NCBI GenBank assembly: GCA_010015805.1
Contig: ML978145.1
Span: 124,001-188,000 of the forward strand
Direction: 5' to 3'
DNA from: Rhizodiscina lignyota
Taxonomy: Eukaryota
Length of the DNA: 64,000 bases
Part shown: positions 37,580 to 50,622 of the stretch, one piece after another
Position numbering within the stretch: position 1 is the stretch's first letter
Layout: each line of letters begins with the position of its first letter
Position numbers and translations under genes: made by a program
The notes under the pieces: model-generated
The model's input: only the letters and a program-made list of their open reading frames with translations
The model's database searches: none
What the model was told of the DNA's origin: nothing

Positions 37580-39006
37580 GTTGGACGTGGTCTCGTCAGG
37601 GAGGGGAAAGATGCGGCGAATAGTTTCGAGATCAAGGGAGAGGTGGGAGAAGAGATGATGAAACGAGAACTCTTCCATGCAAAAGCTCCGAATGCTTTCA
37701 ATCTTGACAGTATGAGAAGGGGAATGGGAAGAATAATAGAAATGTTAATCACTCCACCAAGCTTGAGCTCCGCTTTAGCGATCCTCGGCCTACCGATATA
37801 GCTTATGTGCGACGGTCACGGTTCCTCATCCCCACAACTTACATAGAAGCCTAGAAACCTGCCATTTGGAACTCGCGCCATGCCGCTGGCGGCTCGAGAG
37901 CATTCCGATCTCCGCATCGCGGGGAGGTGGCCTCGAGAGCTACATTTCGGCTTCCAAATGTCGAGTCTAATGCAAGGGAGCTTCGGCAACAGGTCCTCAT
38001 TCATGCTAGCAGACACATCGCGTGCCGAGTGACGAGAGCGCATCATACTAACTATCTTGGAAATCGTACCTCGGGATCTGAAAGGCAGATCAGCCGCGGA
38101 GTCTCCAAGAGGCGAGCCTGCGAGATGTCGAAGTCCAACAAGCCCTCTGTGCATGAGGCACGCGTCACTCGCTTCATGTCTGACTCCTGTCGTCCGAAGT
38201 TTGCGTGAAGGCGGCCTCCTTCCGCGCCATGATCGGTAGTCTACGGTCGATGGCGGCAGAGGTAAATGATAGCTATCCGAGTCAAGCAGCTCATAATCGA
38301 CCCATGGCCAAGGAGCTCTCGACGTCGTGCAAGGCGGGGACCCCACAGTTTGGTATGCGCTATGAGATGTTAGCGAGGATAACCGGCCGTGAGTGGATGC
38401 GGGGTTTGTTAGAGGCGCATTTGCCCAATTGAGACGTGTAATGACGAAAGAAAGGTGTTAGGGGTGAAGAACGTGTGAGTATTTGAAGTAGGTTTGGAGA
38501 GTCCAGTGATATTTTTGAATGCAGATGGAGAATGGCGGTTGATTTAAGCTTAAAGCGCTGGGCTCGCGTAGCGCGGTCAGCATTGTCAAAGACACCATTT
38601 TGGGGGGTATCAGGGATGTGTAATCTCAATTGGCCACATCGTGTACTGTAGTCGATTGTAGTAACTTTCAAACCGTCCAAGCATCTCGCCTATCTATATT
38701 CAGGAAAATATCTCCGTGGATTAAACGTTCCTCGGAGCGTGCAATACAGTTCAATGAGTCCCTAAACATGATGATACGGCAAGAATTTCCTGTGCGGACT
38801 TGTTTTTATCCAGCAGGAAGCAGATTAGTCTTTATACCTCTACCTATAATCCCCTTTTTAACACTTTCGGCAGGATACCAATCCATCTTACAAAGAAAGA
38901 CGAACTCATACGCCACGCTCCACGCAAGCAATGCAAATAAGCACAGGCCCTCAAAGCGAGCGCAACCCTCTCCAACCCTCCTCAACTTCATCGGCACAAT
39001 TGTCAC

Positions 39007-41519
39007 TCAATCTTCGTGATTCTCCTCCAATAGCGGCGTGTGTTCTCCATCCTTCCCATGCTTCTTCTTACCCGCCCGCTTCTTTCTCTTCTTTTTCCCA
39101 TTCTTCGCCGAAGCACCTGCACCTGCACCATTCTCCTTACCCGTCACAGCAGCCACGTCGTCCTTCGTCCCATCACCAGCCGTTGCATCATGATCCACCG
39201 CCTCGCCGTCCTCATTACTACTGCTCATTTCCAAGACCAACTTCTTAACTCCGCCGCCCAGATCGACCGTCGACTCGGTTATACTACCACTCCTTGCAAC
39301 CCCATGTTTCGACGCGTGACTTGAGCTCCGACTACTTCTCGTCTGCGTCTTACCGATCGAGCTCCCGTACACGGACGTCATCGCCCGGTCGCCACCATCC
39401 TTCTGCTGGAGATCGCCAACAATAGAACCAGCCGCCGACTTCGGCGTCGACGGCGGCGATGGGGTTGGACTGCGGTGATCAATTTTGTCGATCACCAGCT
39501 TCGGGAAGCCGGACGAGTCATCCATGTGGATTTGCGTCTTAGACGTAGACTCCACCGGCGCAAGCTGAGAAGAGGACGCCACAAGGGTGCCATAGCTTCT
39601 ACCACTTGAGATGTCGCGCTCAGCCCCCACCTGCGGAGCATCGTCGTTCTTCAATAGACCAGCCCTCTCGCCGTCTGCGTCGTTGGCCACTTTCGTGGCG
39701 ATTTCTCCGGGGGCGTGTTGTTGGCCGTTGTTTAACTGCAACTGGCGGTTCTCTGGGATCGACACAACGCCTGTGCCGGGCTTGATTTTAACAGTACTGA
39801 TTCTTGTTTGCGTTGGATCCTTCGCCTTGTTCCTTGGGCCAAGACTCCTCAGATGCGCTCTCATTTCCGGCGCATTGCCTCTGATTTGCACTAGATCTCT
39901 TGCCTCACCACTAGAACTGCGTCTTCGCATCAGAAACGTCGTATGCCTGGGGCTGCGTCCAAACTCGTCGTTCAGACTACTTTTTCTGGTGTTTGGATGC
40001 GACTTTATTGTCTCAATCGGGTGTGGATGCGTGTGGTATCTGCTCAGAGTAGGACTCTTTGCTCTTTCGTCTGCGGCGCCTTCGCCGTCTGCCTCTCTTG
40101 TAGCTGCGCCTACCTCTTCATCTGCTTCCTTAGCTTCCGTCATATCGCCCTCTTGTTGAGTCGGGAGGCCTGGCTCCGGCTCAGTGATGACCTCTCCTTT
40201 CGGAACTCTGAAGCGCGGTGCAGGATGCAAGCGGCGGATGGCTTTGTGAACATCAACAAAAACGTCAGACTCGTCGATGATTTCTTCGCCGATAAGCTCT
40301 TCGATGACGTCTTCCAAAGTTAGGACACCGAGCGCGCCATAAGGCTCGCCGGGGAACTCAGAGACCAGGACCATGTGTGATTTGCCTTCTTGAAAGAAAT
40401 TGACAATGTCGAGACACGACGTGTCCGGTCGTGTTTCGGGAAGAGTTGCGAGACTGAAGTCGCGAACACGAAGGCAGTCTTCCGGGTCGTACGTGATGAG
40501 CATCTTAACAAGGAGCATGCCAACAAAATTGCGAGGATTCTCTGGTTCGTAAATTGGGATGCGAGAGTAGCCAGCAGACAGGATCATGTCCATCATCGGC
40601 TCATCGAGTACAGCGTTTGCGCTGAGAGTGAAAACATCCGACATTGGTGTCATGATGCTCCCCACAGGCTTGTCCTTTAAATCCAAAACAGCCGATATAA
40701 TTGTGACCTCGTCCTGGTTCAGTCTCTCGTCCGGTCTTTCGCCAAGGGTACGGTGCAGTGTCACGAGTGTCTTCAGCCCAGCCTTTTTGTACATCGTGCC
40801 ATGGTCCTCACCAAGCAGCCTGTCCAAAAGCTTAGCTGTCGGCCACGCGATAGGTGCAAGGAGCCACATCAGGGCGAGGACGAGGGGAGCACAAAATGCG
40901 CCGATGGGCAGTCCGTAACGAACGCAGATGGACTGGGGTGCGATTTCTCCAAAAATGACGATGAGGACTGTGGAAGTCAAGACGGCCGGCCAACCACCTC
41001 CAAGGCTCCGGTCGAGCACAACGGGTAGGGTCTCGTTGGTGATGACATTGCCCAGAAGCAGCGTCACGAGGACCCAGTGTTTTCCTCTTTGCAGGAGTTT
41101 GAGGACTTTCGCGGCATTCTTTCGCTCGGCGCCTTCGCCAGACGTTGCAATGACTTGAAGGTAGATTTCGTCTTGGCCCATGAGCCTGTTTGAAAAGCAA
41201 AGTTAGCGTCGGTGTGACTCAATTGAGGAATAGTTAAAACGTACGCAATGGTCAATCCAGCGAACACACCTCCCAGCAACACAAGAGCGACAGCGGTACC
41301 AAGGTAGGCCCATAGACTAGGACTGTCTGCGGGCTTCGGATCAGGGACGTCTTCGGCGACATGATGTATGTGATGAAAAGAGTGGTCGGCAGGTAGTGCA
41401 TTGAGCTGTTGTACAAATGCCAGTAGGAATAGCGCTGTATATAATGCACGAGGTTTGGAAGTGAGGTTGCAGACTCTGAAAGGTGACATCAGGGTCTCGA
41501 GGAGCACTGAGCCCGCCAT
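39007..41519 (-). CDS. MAM3: CNNM/DUF21 plus CBS-pair membrane protein, Mam3-like
   Basis: Intron 41186-41244. [72 protein letters not shown]. Confidence 0.9.
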
Positions 41520-42062
41520 GGCTGGACGCGAGGACAGGGCCAATGACAGGCCGACAGGTGTAGCAAACAGCTCTGCAATGCAAAGCAAGTTTGCTGATGG
41601 AAATGCAGGAAGCGGTGGCGTTGTATAGCTGTATAGCTGACGCTTGTTATGGCTTGCAAGCGTGGAGGGGTTGTTTGGGTGCAGCAGCTCTTGCAGTTGC
41701 AGCACTTCGGCAGGCGGGGCCACCTGGAGTTGTGGCGTCACCACGTAGAGTAAGCCACACCTCCGCACCAGCCATCGCTCGCTACCACGAACGAACCACA
41801 GCTACTCCCACGGTCGGGGCCGCCGACATTCTATACGGCTGACGGAATCAATCCTTGATATTTCCATGTGCTCCTAGAGTCTTCTCTGACTCTGAAGGCC
41901 CAATGGCTCCGGTGCCGGCCAGACATGCATACCTCTGCATCTGGGGAGTGAACCGATGCTAGCCGTTGTACCTGACGCCGTAATACTCCCCTCTAGCTCC
42001 TCATCCGCAACTCTCCTCAGGACTCGTCTCGTCTTGCAGGAGGTCGCTCAGATAGATTCAAC

Positions 42063-43439
42063 ATGTCTTCTCCCCTCTCTCGCTCAATATCCAAATCATC
42101 ATTGAAGTGTCTCTTCCACCCCATTCGCGCAAGACCATCCGTACCGCTTGCTGCGTCCGCACTCCTCGTCCGTAGCTACTCCTCACATCCCCCAAACGCT
42201 CGCCTGAACATCCCCACCGACTACTCCACAACTCCAATCCTCAATCACACTTCGTCGACCGCCCTTTCGAATCCCGAGCTCCCTGAATCTGCCCGTCGCG
42301 GCTCAACCTCCCGCCTCACGCTGCACCAGTCCATCAACGCGGCCCTCTCACATGCCCTGCGCTCAAATGAGTCCGTCATCCTATTCGGCGAAGACGTCGC
42401 CTTTGGAGGTGTCTTCCGCTGCTCTATGAACCTGGCGAATGAGTTTGGATCGGACCGCGTATTTAATACTCCTCTCAGCGAGCAGGGCATCGTGGGGTTT
42501 GGGATTGGTGCGGCAGCAGAGGGGCTCAAGGCTGTTGCGGAGGTGCAGTTTGCAGACTATGTCTTTCCGGCATTTGATCAGTTGGTCAACGAGGCGGCGA
42601 AATGGAGATTCAGAGAGGGCACGAATGCGTGGGGTGCGAAGGATAAGGAGGGCCGAAGTTGTGGAGGTTTGGTGGTCCGCATGCCATGTGGTGGTGTAGG
42701 ACATGGCGCACTGTTAGCTCCCTTCAACATTGCTGAAACCACGGAAACTTGAAGAGCATAGGACTGACTGCAAGCAACAGCTACCACTCCCAATCTCCAG
42801 AATCGCTCTTCACCCACGTTCCAGGCCTCCGAGTCGTCATGCCGCGATCTCCACTCCAAGCGAAAGGTCTCCTCCTCACATCCATCCTGCAATCCAACGA
42901 CCCAGTCATCTTCATGGAGCCCAAAGCTCTCTACCGCGCCGCTGTCGAACAAGTCCCCAACGAGCCTTACTTCCTCCCTCTCTCCGCTGCAGAGATAGTA
43001 AAGCCAGGATCAGACGTCACAGTCATATCATATGGGAAGCCCATGTACGACTGCAGCGCTGCCATTGCCGCTGCAGAGAAAGACTTTGACATTAGCTGCG
43101 AGCTTGTGGACCTGCGGACCGTGTATCCGTGGGATAGGCCGAGGGTGATGGAGAGCGTGAACAAGACGGGAAGGTGTGTAGTGGTACATGAGAGTATGGT
43201 AAACGCGGGTGTGGGCGCGGAGGTTGCAGCGACTATACAAGAGGGCTGTTTCCTAAGGCTCGAGGCGCCGGTGCAGAGAGTTGCTGGCGGAAGTACGCAT
43301 GTGGGCTTGGTGTATGAGAGAATGAATATGCCGGATGTTGCGAGTAAGTGATCCTTTAACGAATGGCATTCGAATAGTTGGTGGGGCTGACGTGAATACA
43401 GGAATATATGATGCGATTCGGAAAGCAATCGAGTATTGA
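42063..43439 (+). CDS. BCKDHB: Branched-chain 2-oxoacid dehydrogenase E1 beta subunit, mitochondrial
   Basis: Introns 42713-42780 and 43344-43401. [67 protein letters not shown]; presequence-like N-terminus. Confidence 0.95.
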
Positions 43440-43786
43440 GCGGTCCAACTATCCAAGGCACCACCTGCCCAAACGAGAGACTGGAGAGAGAAGAGGGCGG
43501 GAGAGTAACTGAACGAGATTATCGACACCAACATCGTTCCCCGTCTCTTTATACATAAATAGAAGTCCATAAGTCTAGGTAGTGATGAAACATCTCAACT
43601 TCCATCCTCCAGTACAGCTCGGACCAAATGAATAGAGCTCGAAATCAGACAAGGGAATAATGCGTTGAAAACGTGAGAGCTCTGATTGGGGTTATATGCA
43701 CATTGACGTATACGAGAACTAGAACAATCGTACTACGAAAGCCAGTCGCGCATTGGTTTCGAATTGTTTTGTCCTTCAACCTTTCC

Positions 43787-44523
43787 TCAGCGGCTCAAAT
43801 GCTGTCGAGATACCCAGTTCTTCTCCTCCGCTTCCTTCGCCATCTCTAACAGTTTCATTTTCTCATCTTGAGGTATCTTTTCATCATCCCACTCCTCAAG
43901 TTCTTCCTTCTCTCTCATATACCATGCTAAGCTCCTCATAGAGCTGTATTCAAGGCGTAGTTCCGCCGTGAAGTCAAAATGTATGTATCGAACGGCGTAC
44001 AGTTCGCTGGTGTAGAGCCAACGTCTCTTCCCCTGTAGCCTTTCCCAGCGCTTCCCGTCTCGGTTTCTTGCAAAATGCAGCTGGATTTTGCCCGTCCCAC
44101 GTAATGGCTCCGTCGTGGAATCGATGGAGAGCCAATGGGGCCACTCCTGATCTCCCTCGTGCCGTTCTGGAACAGTGGGCGTCGTATTGACCTATCAGGG
44201 ACTAGCTTTAGTAGGACTTAACGTTGAAAGAGATAGGATGTTCAAAGCCATACTTGGAGCCACAGTACGTATCCAGTCTCTTCCTCTTTCCCGATCACAA
44301 CACCAATGTGACCCAATGCCCCATCCATTTCTTCATTCCAAAAGCGGCCGTCGATGATTGGGTGTCCCATAGCTTCCTGCCATTCTGCTGGCATCAGTCG
44401 AAGGCAAGATCCGATTTGAATTTTGCCCCAATTCGCGAAGCGAGCCTGGTCGACCGCCTCGGACGGTGCTCCTAACTTGCAAATAAGATCGTCAAAATGC
44501 AGGTCGGCTAACGTAGTCGACAT
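43787..44523 (-). CDS. Hypothetical protein (224 aa, two exons)
   Basis: Exon 1 44523-44254, GT-AG intron 44192-44253, exon 2 44191-43787 is an open 135-codon frame absent from the ORF track. Confidence 0.65.
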
Positions 44524-46473
44524 CGTGGGTCGATAACTCGATATTGGTATGGAGGGGGGAATGAGTGGCCCGTGGGATGGCTAGGAGCTGAGTAAAGAGA
44601 AAGGTTTGTGTGCTGTGATGAAAATTTTTTGTGTACTGTGATGAAAAGGGTGGGTGTGCTGTGCTGAAAAAAGTTTGTTGTTGTGATATAGATGTAGTGG
44701 TAAATTATCACCGCAGCAACGACCAACGGGCCATTTGCTCGAGGGCGTTTTTGGAGCGAGCATTGCACTCCAATGATGAGAATTAGGATTATTACTTGAG
44801 GCTAGAGAGCTCGGGAAGCTCTGGCAGCTCTTATATTGGATGAAGGCCAATAAATTCGAGATCCTACTTGGTGGGAAGCAAATGGCGAGCTTCTGCAGTA
44901 TTTTCATTCCTCTGTCTTCGCGCCCTTAACAACACAAGATGTATAGTAGAGACATATGGCGCTAAAAGAGACGGTATAAAGATTTATAGAACATGGAGCG
45001 TTCCCTCCTATTCTCGTACGCATGATGAAAGTGATAGAGACTGTGCATCGTCTGGGTCGCTCGATTACGTTGAGCGGCATCCGTCTCCACATGCAGTCTC
45101 CACGTCTACCATCAAGCCATGCCCTTGAAGATACCCGATTGAAAATTGACATTGTGGAGCAACATGCAGCCGTTCATATCAATTCGTATGCAGATGTTGA
45201 CACCTGCAAGAGCTCGTCACGAATGTCGTCATGATATGTGATGAAAGTCGACGTGTTCTCCTACGAGATCGATACAGACGCAAAATGATGACGAATCTTG
45301 GACTATACAAGTTGGAGAGAATGCCCTACCTGGGTGGGGGGAGATGTTTCCACGCTTCCCCTTCCTCTGGCCACACCGTATGCAGTCTAGCAAGTCCAAG
45401 ATTTGCTCCCAAAGGATTCTCCTTAATTCGTTCGCACTCAGGCTCCGCACCGCATGCTGCAGCTTCCAATGTTTACTATTCATCGAGATATTCATTTTGG
45501 CGCTCGTAGACACACTCTCAGGTTGTTGAATCTCCGCGGGGATGGCGATCCCTATTGGTCACGTGACAATTGCTTGGCTTTTCATGTTTCCCTAGGGGTC
45601 GGCCGATTTCCACGTTATCGCCGGCTTTGTCGCGCGGTTACATCATTCCACGCCGCTGACGAGACCAATGCGAGTGCGTTTTCCTAAATCTCTTTAGTTG
45701 AGTGAACAAAATATATTCGCTGCTTTAGATCCTTTTGAATCCATATCTTTTTCGACTTCCATTGGAGATCTGACGTCGCGTCAGATAGCTAGACGTGTCG
45801 CAGGATCTGGCTTTTCACCATACGTCACGCCCACGCGACTCGCCTCGCGGAACCGCAGATAGTATCGCGTCGAAAAGTGCAGGTCAAGCTGCAAGGCCGA
45901 ACTCGTATCGCGTTTGTGGGTGAAAATCTGGTGCTGTGGGCTGAACCAACGTCGGCAGAGTGGCAAGCCGCAAGCCGCAATTGGAGGTGAGAACGAGGTT
46001 TCGAGCAGCGTCTGGGAGAAATTCAGCATTTAAAAAAGACTACGCAACGTTGAATCCTAATCTTCTCCAATGATTGGTTTTTCCTTGGTCCGCAAACAGA
46101 AATCTCTCCACGGAAATAGCAGCGCTCGACGTTGAAACAAAAGTGACCGGCATCGTTCGCCTGCCGCTACCGGGCTGCGGACCCTGGGAGTCGAACGAAT
46201 CGATCAGCCCAAAACAGCCTAACGAGGCCATTGGAAGTGCGGCTGCGAGGAAAGCATAAGCAATACACGCGTGACAAATGTGCCAAGACCTCCAGAGCAG
46301 GACAGGATCTTTGTCAGCGTATCAGCACTTAGATTGGCTGCGCTGCGAGCACAAGCATCTGTATCGACCATTCAGCAATTGAACAACTATAAAGGAAAGT
46401 CATGTCTCCGGCCACATGCTCCAACGTCTGCTGGACAATTAACGAGACTTGTGAAGAGCTGGAAGGACTCAAG

Positions 46474-48054
46474 ATGACGGCGAATCCCCGAAAAGAAACT
46501 TTAGCGGAACGAGCAAAACGGTTTGTCGGAGACGCACTAGAACATGAGGAGGGACGAGATGCAAGTGCAGGTAAAGCTCAACAAAGATGTCAATTCAACA
46601 CGGCCATCTGCTAATTGATTCCAGAGTCATCCGCAGAACCGACGATAGCTCGAAGTTCGCATACTAGACGGCGAGAGCAAGTCTTGCAAGCCCAACGGTA
46701 AGTGGAATTCTCCTACACCGGCGACGATCTTCGTGAGTCTGATAAAGATCTTTGCTAATTCCTTGGTCAGCGCGCACCGCCAACGCACGCAGGGCTACAT
46801 CAAGGCTCTCGAAAACGAGATCCTACGCTTACGGTAAGTACGATGCTGCTGACTGTCCCCAGGATCTGTGGGGCTTTCATGTTGCTGATTGCCGAACCAG
46901 AGCGCGAGAAAATGCCCTTCTAAGAGACACAGCCTTGATTCGGGACCATGTCAGTGTGCTGGAGCAAACTCTACTTACCAATGGTATCGGAATCCCCCGA
47001 GTGCAAGGTCTTTCCAATCTCGAAACACCGTTTGATGTGTCAAGCGGAGTCGCATCCGGGACTCCCTTCGATATGTCAAGTGTGGCTGGGAGCATACCTA
47101 GCAGTGTGCCGAGCAGTACGGGCATTGATGATCAATTCTCTAACGTCACCATCGATTTAAGAGACATGCAAAACATTGAAGCCGAGCGATGGTGCTCCAC
47201 AAATGCGGCAGAGCATGAGCCGCGCTCTTTTGAGGTCCCGTCATTTGATCCAGTCATGTGGGAGAATTTTGTGCAGCAGGAAGGAGGTACATCGGCTGCA
47301 GGTGCACATTTTGGTCCCCTCGATGCACAGACCGGCATCAACTTTATCTTAGAGTAAGCCTCAAAAGGCTGTGATCGTTTTATGCGTCTTTCTTGTCGCT
47401 TACAAAGCCCACAGATTGGAGCGCCCCTGTTTACCACATGTCAAATACAGGTATCTGCAGGAAATGCCGCCTGCTGCTCGGGGGGTGGTACCAGACTACA
47501 ATGCCGGACCTGGTCACGTATTTACAGCAACCGAGCAAATAGTCAACCTGCAAAGATCCCCGTCACCGTCTCTGGCGACATCTGCACCACAGCCACAGAC
47601 GCGGGAGCAGCGGCAAGAGCACTCACAGGGGAGGTTCCAGAGGCCGCCCCAGATGTCACCACAAGAGCAGTTCCGACCAATGCAAGATGTGCAGGAGGCT
47701 TTCAATCAGCCATTCAACATGCCCAAAGAGCAGATCGATAAGTTGCTCGAGACGAGCTCACAGCTCGAGCTTCACACCGAAGTAACACCCGTGCAGATCT
47801 GGGCGCGGCTTAGTGGCATATCATCGCAATTTCCCATTGGCAGAGGCCTCTTACAAGCCTTAAAGGACGAATTCTTAAAGTATATCAGGTGCAACAGGTA
47901 CTTATTTAGCCCATCGACTACTACTGCATCTAGTTATTACTGAATTGAGCTGATGCACGTTCGCTTGCGCAGCTTCGGTGCCGTCGTCGAGAAGGTCACT
48001 GCGACACAAGTTCTCGCCCACTTCTTTCCGGGCGTCCAATGGAACTGGCCGTGA
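46474..48054 (+). CDS. Fungal bZIP transcription factor
   Basis: Introns 46571-46624, 46698-46770, 46834-46900, 47354-47414, 47898-47972 give a continuous frame. Basic region and zipper RRREQVLQAQRAHRQRTQGYIKALENEILRLR; C-terminal INFILELERPC and EVTPVQIW blocks. Confidence 0.88.
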
Positions 48055-48109
48055 TTCCTTCAAATCTCTTCCACCATCGATAGGCCTCGATAGGCCTGGG
48101 GCGGAGGCG

Positions 48110-48650
48110 TTATACATTTTTCTCACCCACATCTAGTGCGACCACGAATCTCGAGACAGTATTGAATCCCGCGATACTCGCCGTCAATTCGACCATTTCC
48201 TTTTCGTTGAAATGCGCCCGAACCGCCTCGAACACTGCCTTCGGAACCTTTCCACTAAGCGTCATTGCATCTGTATATTCGACTACCGCCCTCTGTCTCT
48301 TATCCAGCGACCCGGGCCCCTCACCCAGCGACTTGCCTTCCTTCAGCAGCTTCATCACGTCGTCACCGATTCCGGCCTCGAGTCCGATTGGAGAATGAAT
48401 ATCCCACTCATACCACGCTCCCGTTAGTGCGGCGGCTCGACAGAACGTCATCTCCCTGACGTCCGGGGGAAGTGAGTTTTTCGTCCGGATGGCGATCATT
48501 GTTCCAGCCGTCTGTAATCAAAGGCGCGTGTAAGAGCGTGCGATCGAGGGGGATGAGCTTGCCACCGCGACGTTGTAATACACGGTCGAGGATCTGACTT
48601 TCCTCGGCCGTCTTGAAAGATGGAGTGGCTGACGTGTACGGGAGACGCAT
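48110..48650 (-). pseudogene. Carboxymuconolactone decarboxylase-like (AhpD-like) gene with a frameshift at about 48500
   Basis: N-half (..RRGGKLIPLDRTLLHAPLITDGWN) and C-half (MIAIRTKNSLPPDVREM..AWYEWDIH..ELTASIAGFNTVSRFVVALDV) are separated by one extra base, with no room for an intron. Confidence 0.75.
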
Positions 48651-49681
48651 TGTTGCAGCCTGCCGGATTCTGGATATGCTGAGAGTGGGTAGTGTTGTTG
48701 GCGATGATACTGGTACCTTCTACTGCTCGGCCTTGGCTTTATGAACTCACGATCTCGACTGTTGTGACTGGACGACTTTAAGTCTAAAAGCAATTCAATT
48801 GATTCTTTTCGTTACGATTTGGAATCGTACATATTCGTACATATATCTGCCTTAATGAATTTGCGACTCCATCTTCAAAGCAGAAAAGTCTCCTGAATGT
48901 TGCCTGAAAACATTCGCCACTTCGTCACTCCTTTTTCACCCCAATAGAACCTGATACTATGCACCGCTGCCTAGATCGCCCAAATTCTCTTACAGCGGGT
49001 CAAGCATTCCCCGATAAATCTTCAATATGCACCGTGATTCAGCATCAAGTGCACGGTTCTATGTACTCGGAAGGCTAACTGCATTCTGTGTCATCAGTGG
49101 CTTAGAACTATAGCGAACGTAAATTTCTGTTTCAGACGCATTTTCCATAGGGAGAGGATTCCTGAGATGAACACTCCGTAAATGGTCGTAGAGGCTTAAC
49201 CCGATCGGGCCAGATGAGGAATAGAGATGCAGTTCGGGATCGCCGACAGGTATCCAAAGTCCCCGGCCGTAGCACCTCCATGAAATGTGGTGCACGGCCA
49301 CGACGGCGCACAAGGCACCGCGGCGATTTGCTTATGTAAATGGATTAGATAATTAAATGGGAGGTACGCCAGAGGGATGCTTTGGAATTGGCCAGTGGAA
49401 TGAAGTCGGAGACTAACTTCACGTGGTGAAAGGAGTCAATTCGGACTACAAGATGCAATTGTGAGTGTATACATGGCCTCGGTGAGTCAATTCGACTGCG
49501 GAGAGTCCAACTCTTTCCAATTTAAAGAGTTTGTCATCGGCACTCATCCCTCAATTCCTTCGGTCTCAGAGGTCTTTCCTCTTTCTGCAACGGAATATCT
49601 ATCACTTTGAAGGCTCTAACGGCGTAGTCAACTAATCATAAATATCTCCCGAACTGAATTATCTCGCAGGGTCACGAGACA

Positions 49682-50401
49682 ATGTTCGTAGTAATATTCG
49701 AAGTGCTTCCTCACAACTTGGACACCTACTTCAGCCATGCAGCTTCACTACGCCCAATTCTTCAGCAGATCCCCGGTTTCGTGGACAACATCCGCTACCG
49801 CTCGCTGACACGGCAAGGCGCGCTCCTCTCAGTGTCGACATGCGCGACGGAGAAGGCGCTGGTCAGATGGCGAACGACCGAGAAGCATTGGCTCGTGCAG
49901 GAGAAAGGCAGGCAGTCAATCCTGCAAGACTATCACCTCCGAGTCGGGCAAGTTGTCAGCGACTCGACGAGCGCCGACGGACCGAATAAAGAAGATGAAC
50001 GGACCGATGCTACAGAGGTTGGCCAGGGTAACGCCGCCGTGTTGATCGAGGCGGAGCTTGGCGAGGAGTGGGTAAAGCAACATAAAGACGATTCAAAAGC
50101 AGTAGCTACCCAGATGGGATGTGGCGAGAAGTACCTTGGCAAGAGCGAGGAGGCCATGGTGGCGTGGGATCTATTAGAGGCTGCGCTGACGCCGGGCTCT
50201 TTGATTATGTTAGCTTCCTTCCGAGACGTACACGCCGCAGAAGAGTTCTTAAACAAAGCGAAATTGCCTGCTGGAGCGAGATCGAGAGTCGTCAGGGTGG
50301 TAAGAGATTACGGCATGTTCGACAGGAGAGAAGCGCCACAGTATCATGGGCCGGTGCCGGAGAGCAATAATGTACAGCATAAGCAGACTCTATATACGTG
50401 A
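49682..50401 (+). CDS. Antibiotic biosynthesis monooxygenase (ABM, dimeric alpha/beta barrel) domain protein, intronless
   Basis: MFVVIFEV..YFSHAASLRPILQQIPGFVDNIRYRSL..KALVRWR..H..VQEKGR..DYHLRVG; C-terminal RVVRDYGMFDRREAPQY. Confidence 0.85.
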   Translation: MFVVIFEVLPHNLDTYFSHAASLRPILQQIPGFVDNIRYRSLTRQGALLSVSTCATEKALVRWRTTEKHWLVQEKGRQSILQDYHLRVGQVVSDSTSADGPNKEDERTDATEVGQGNAAVLIEAELGEEWVKQHKDDSKAVATQMGCGEKYLGKSEEAMVAWDLLEAALTPGSLIMLASFRDVHAAEEFLNKAKLPAGARSRVVRVVRDYGMFDRREAPQYHGPVPESNNVQHKQTLYT

Positions 50402-50622
50402 ATGAGAAGTGCGGACGTTCAGTGTGAATCCCAAACGGAGCTACTCCGATAATACGAAGGAGCTAGTTTCTCGCGAGCGAACAGTCCGTAGAGCCACTCT
50501 ATTAGATTCGCCTTCAGCACTTCTAAGAAGCTTCCGTATATTAGTGAGTTTGCATTCAGGGTTATAAAAGAGACAAGCCGATCCTTTATATATCTACATT
50601 TCTTAAATGCCTGATCATCAAC

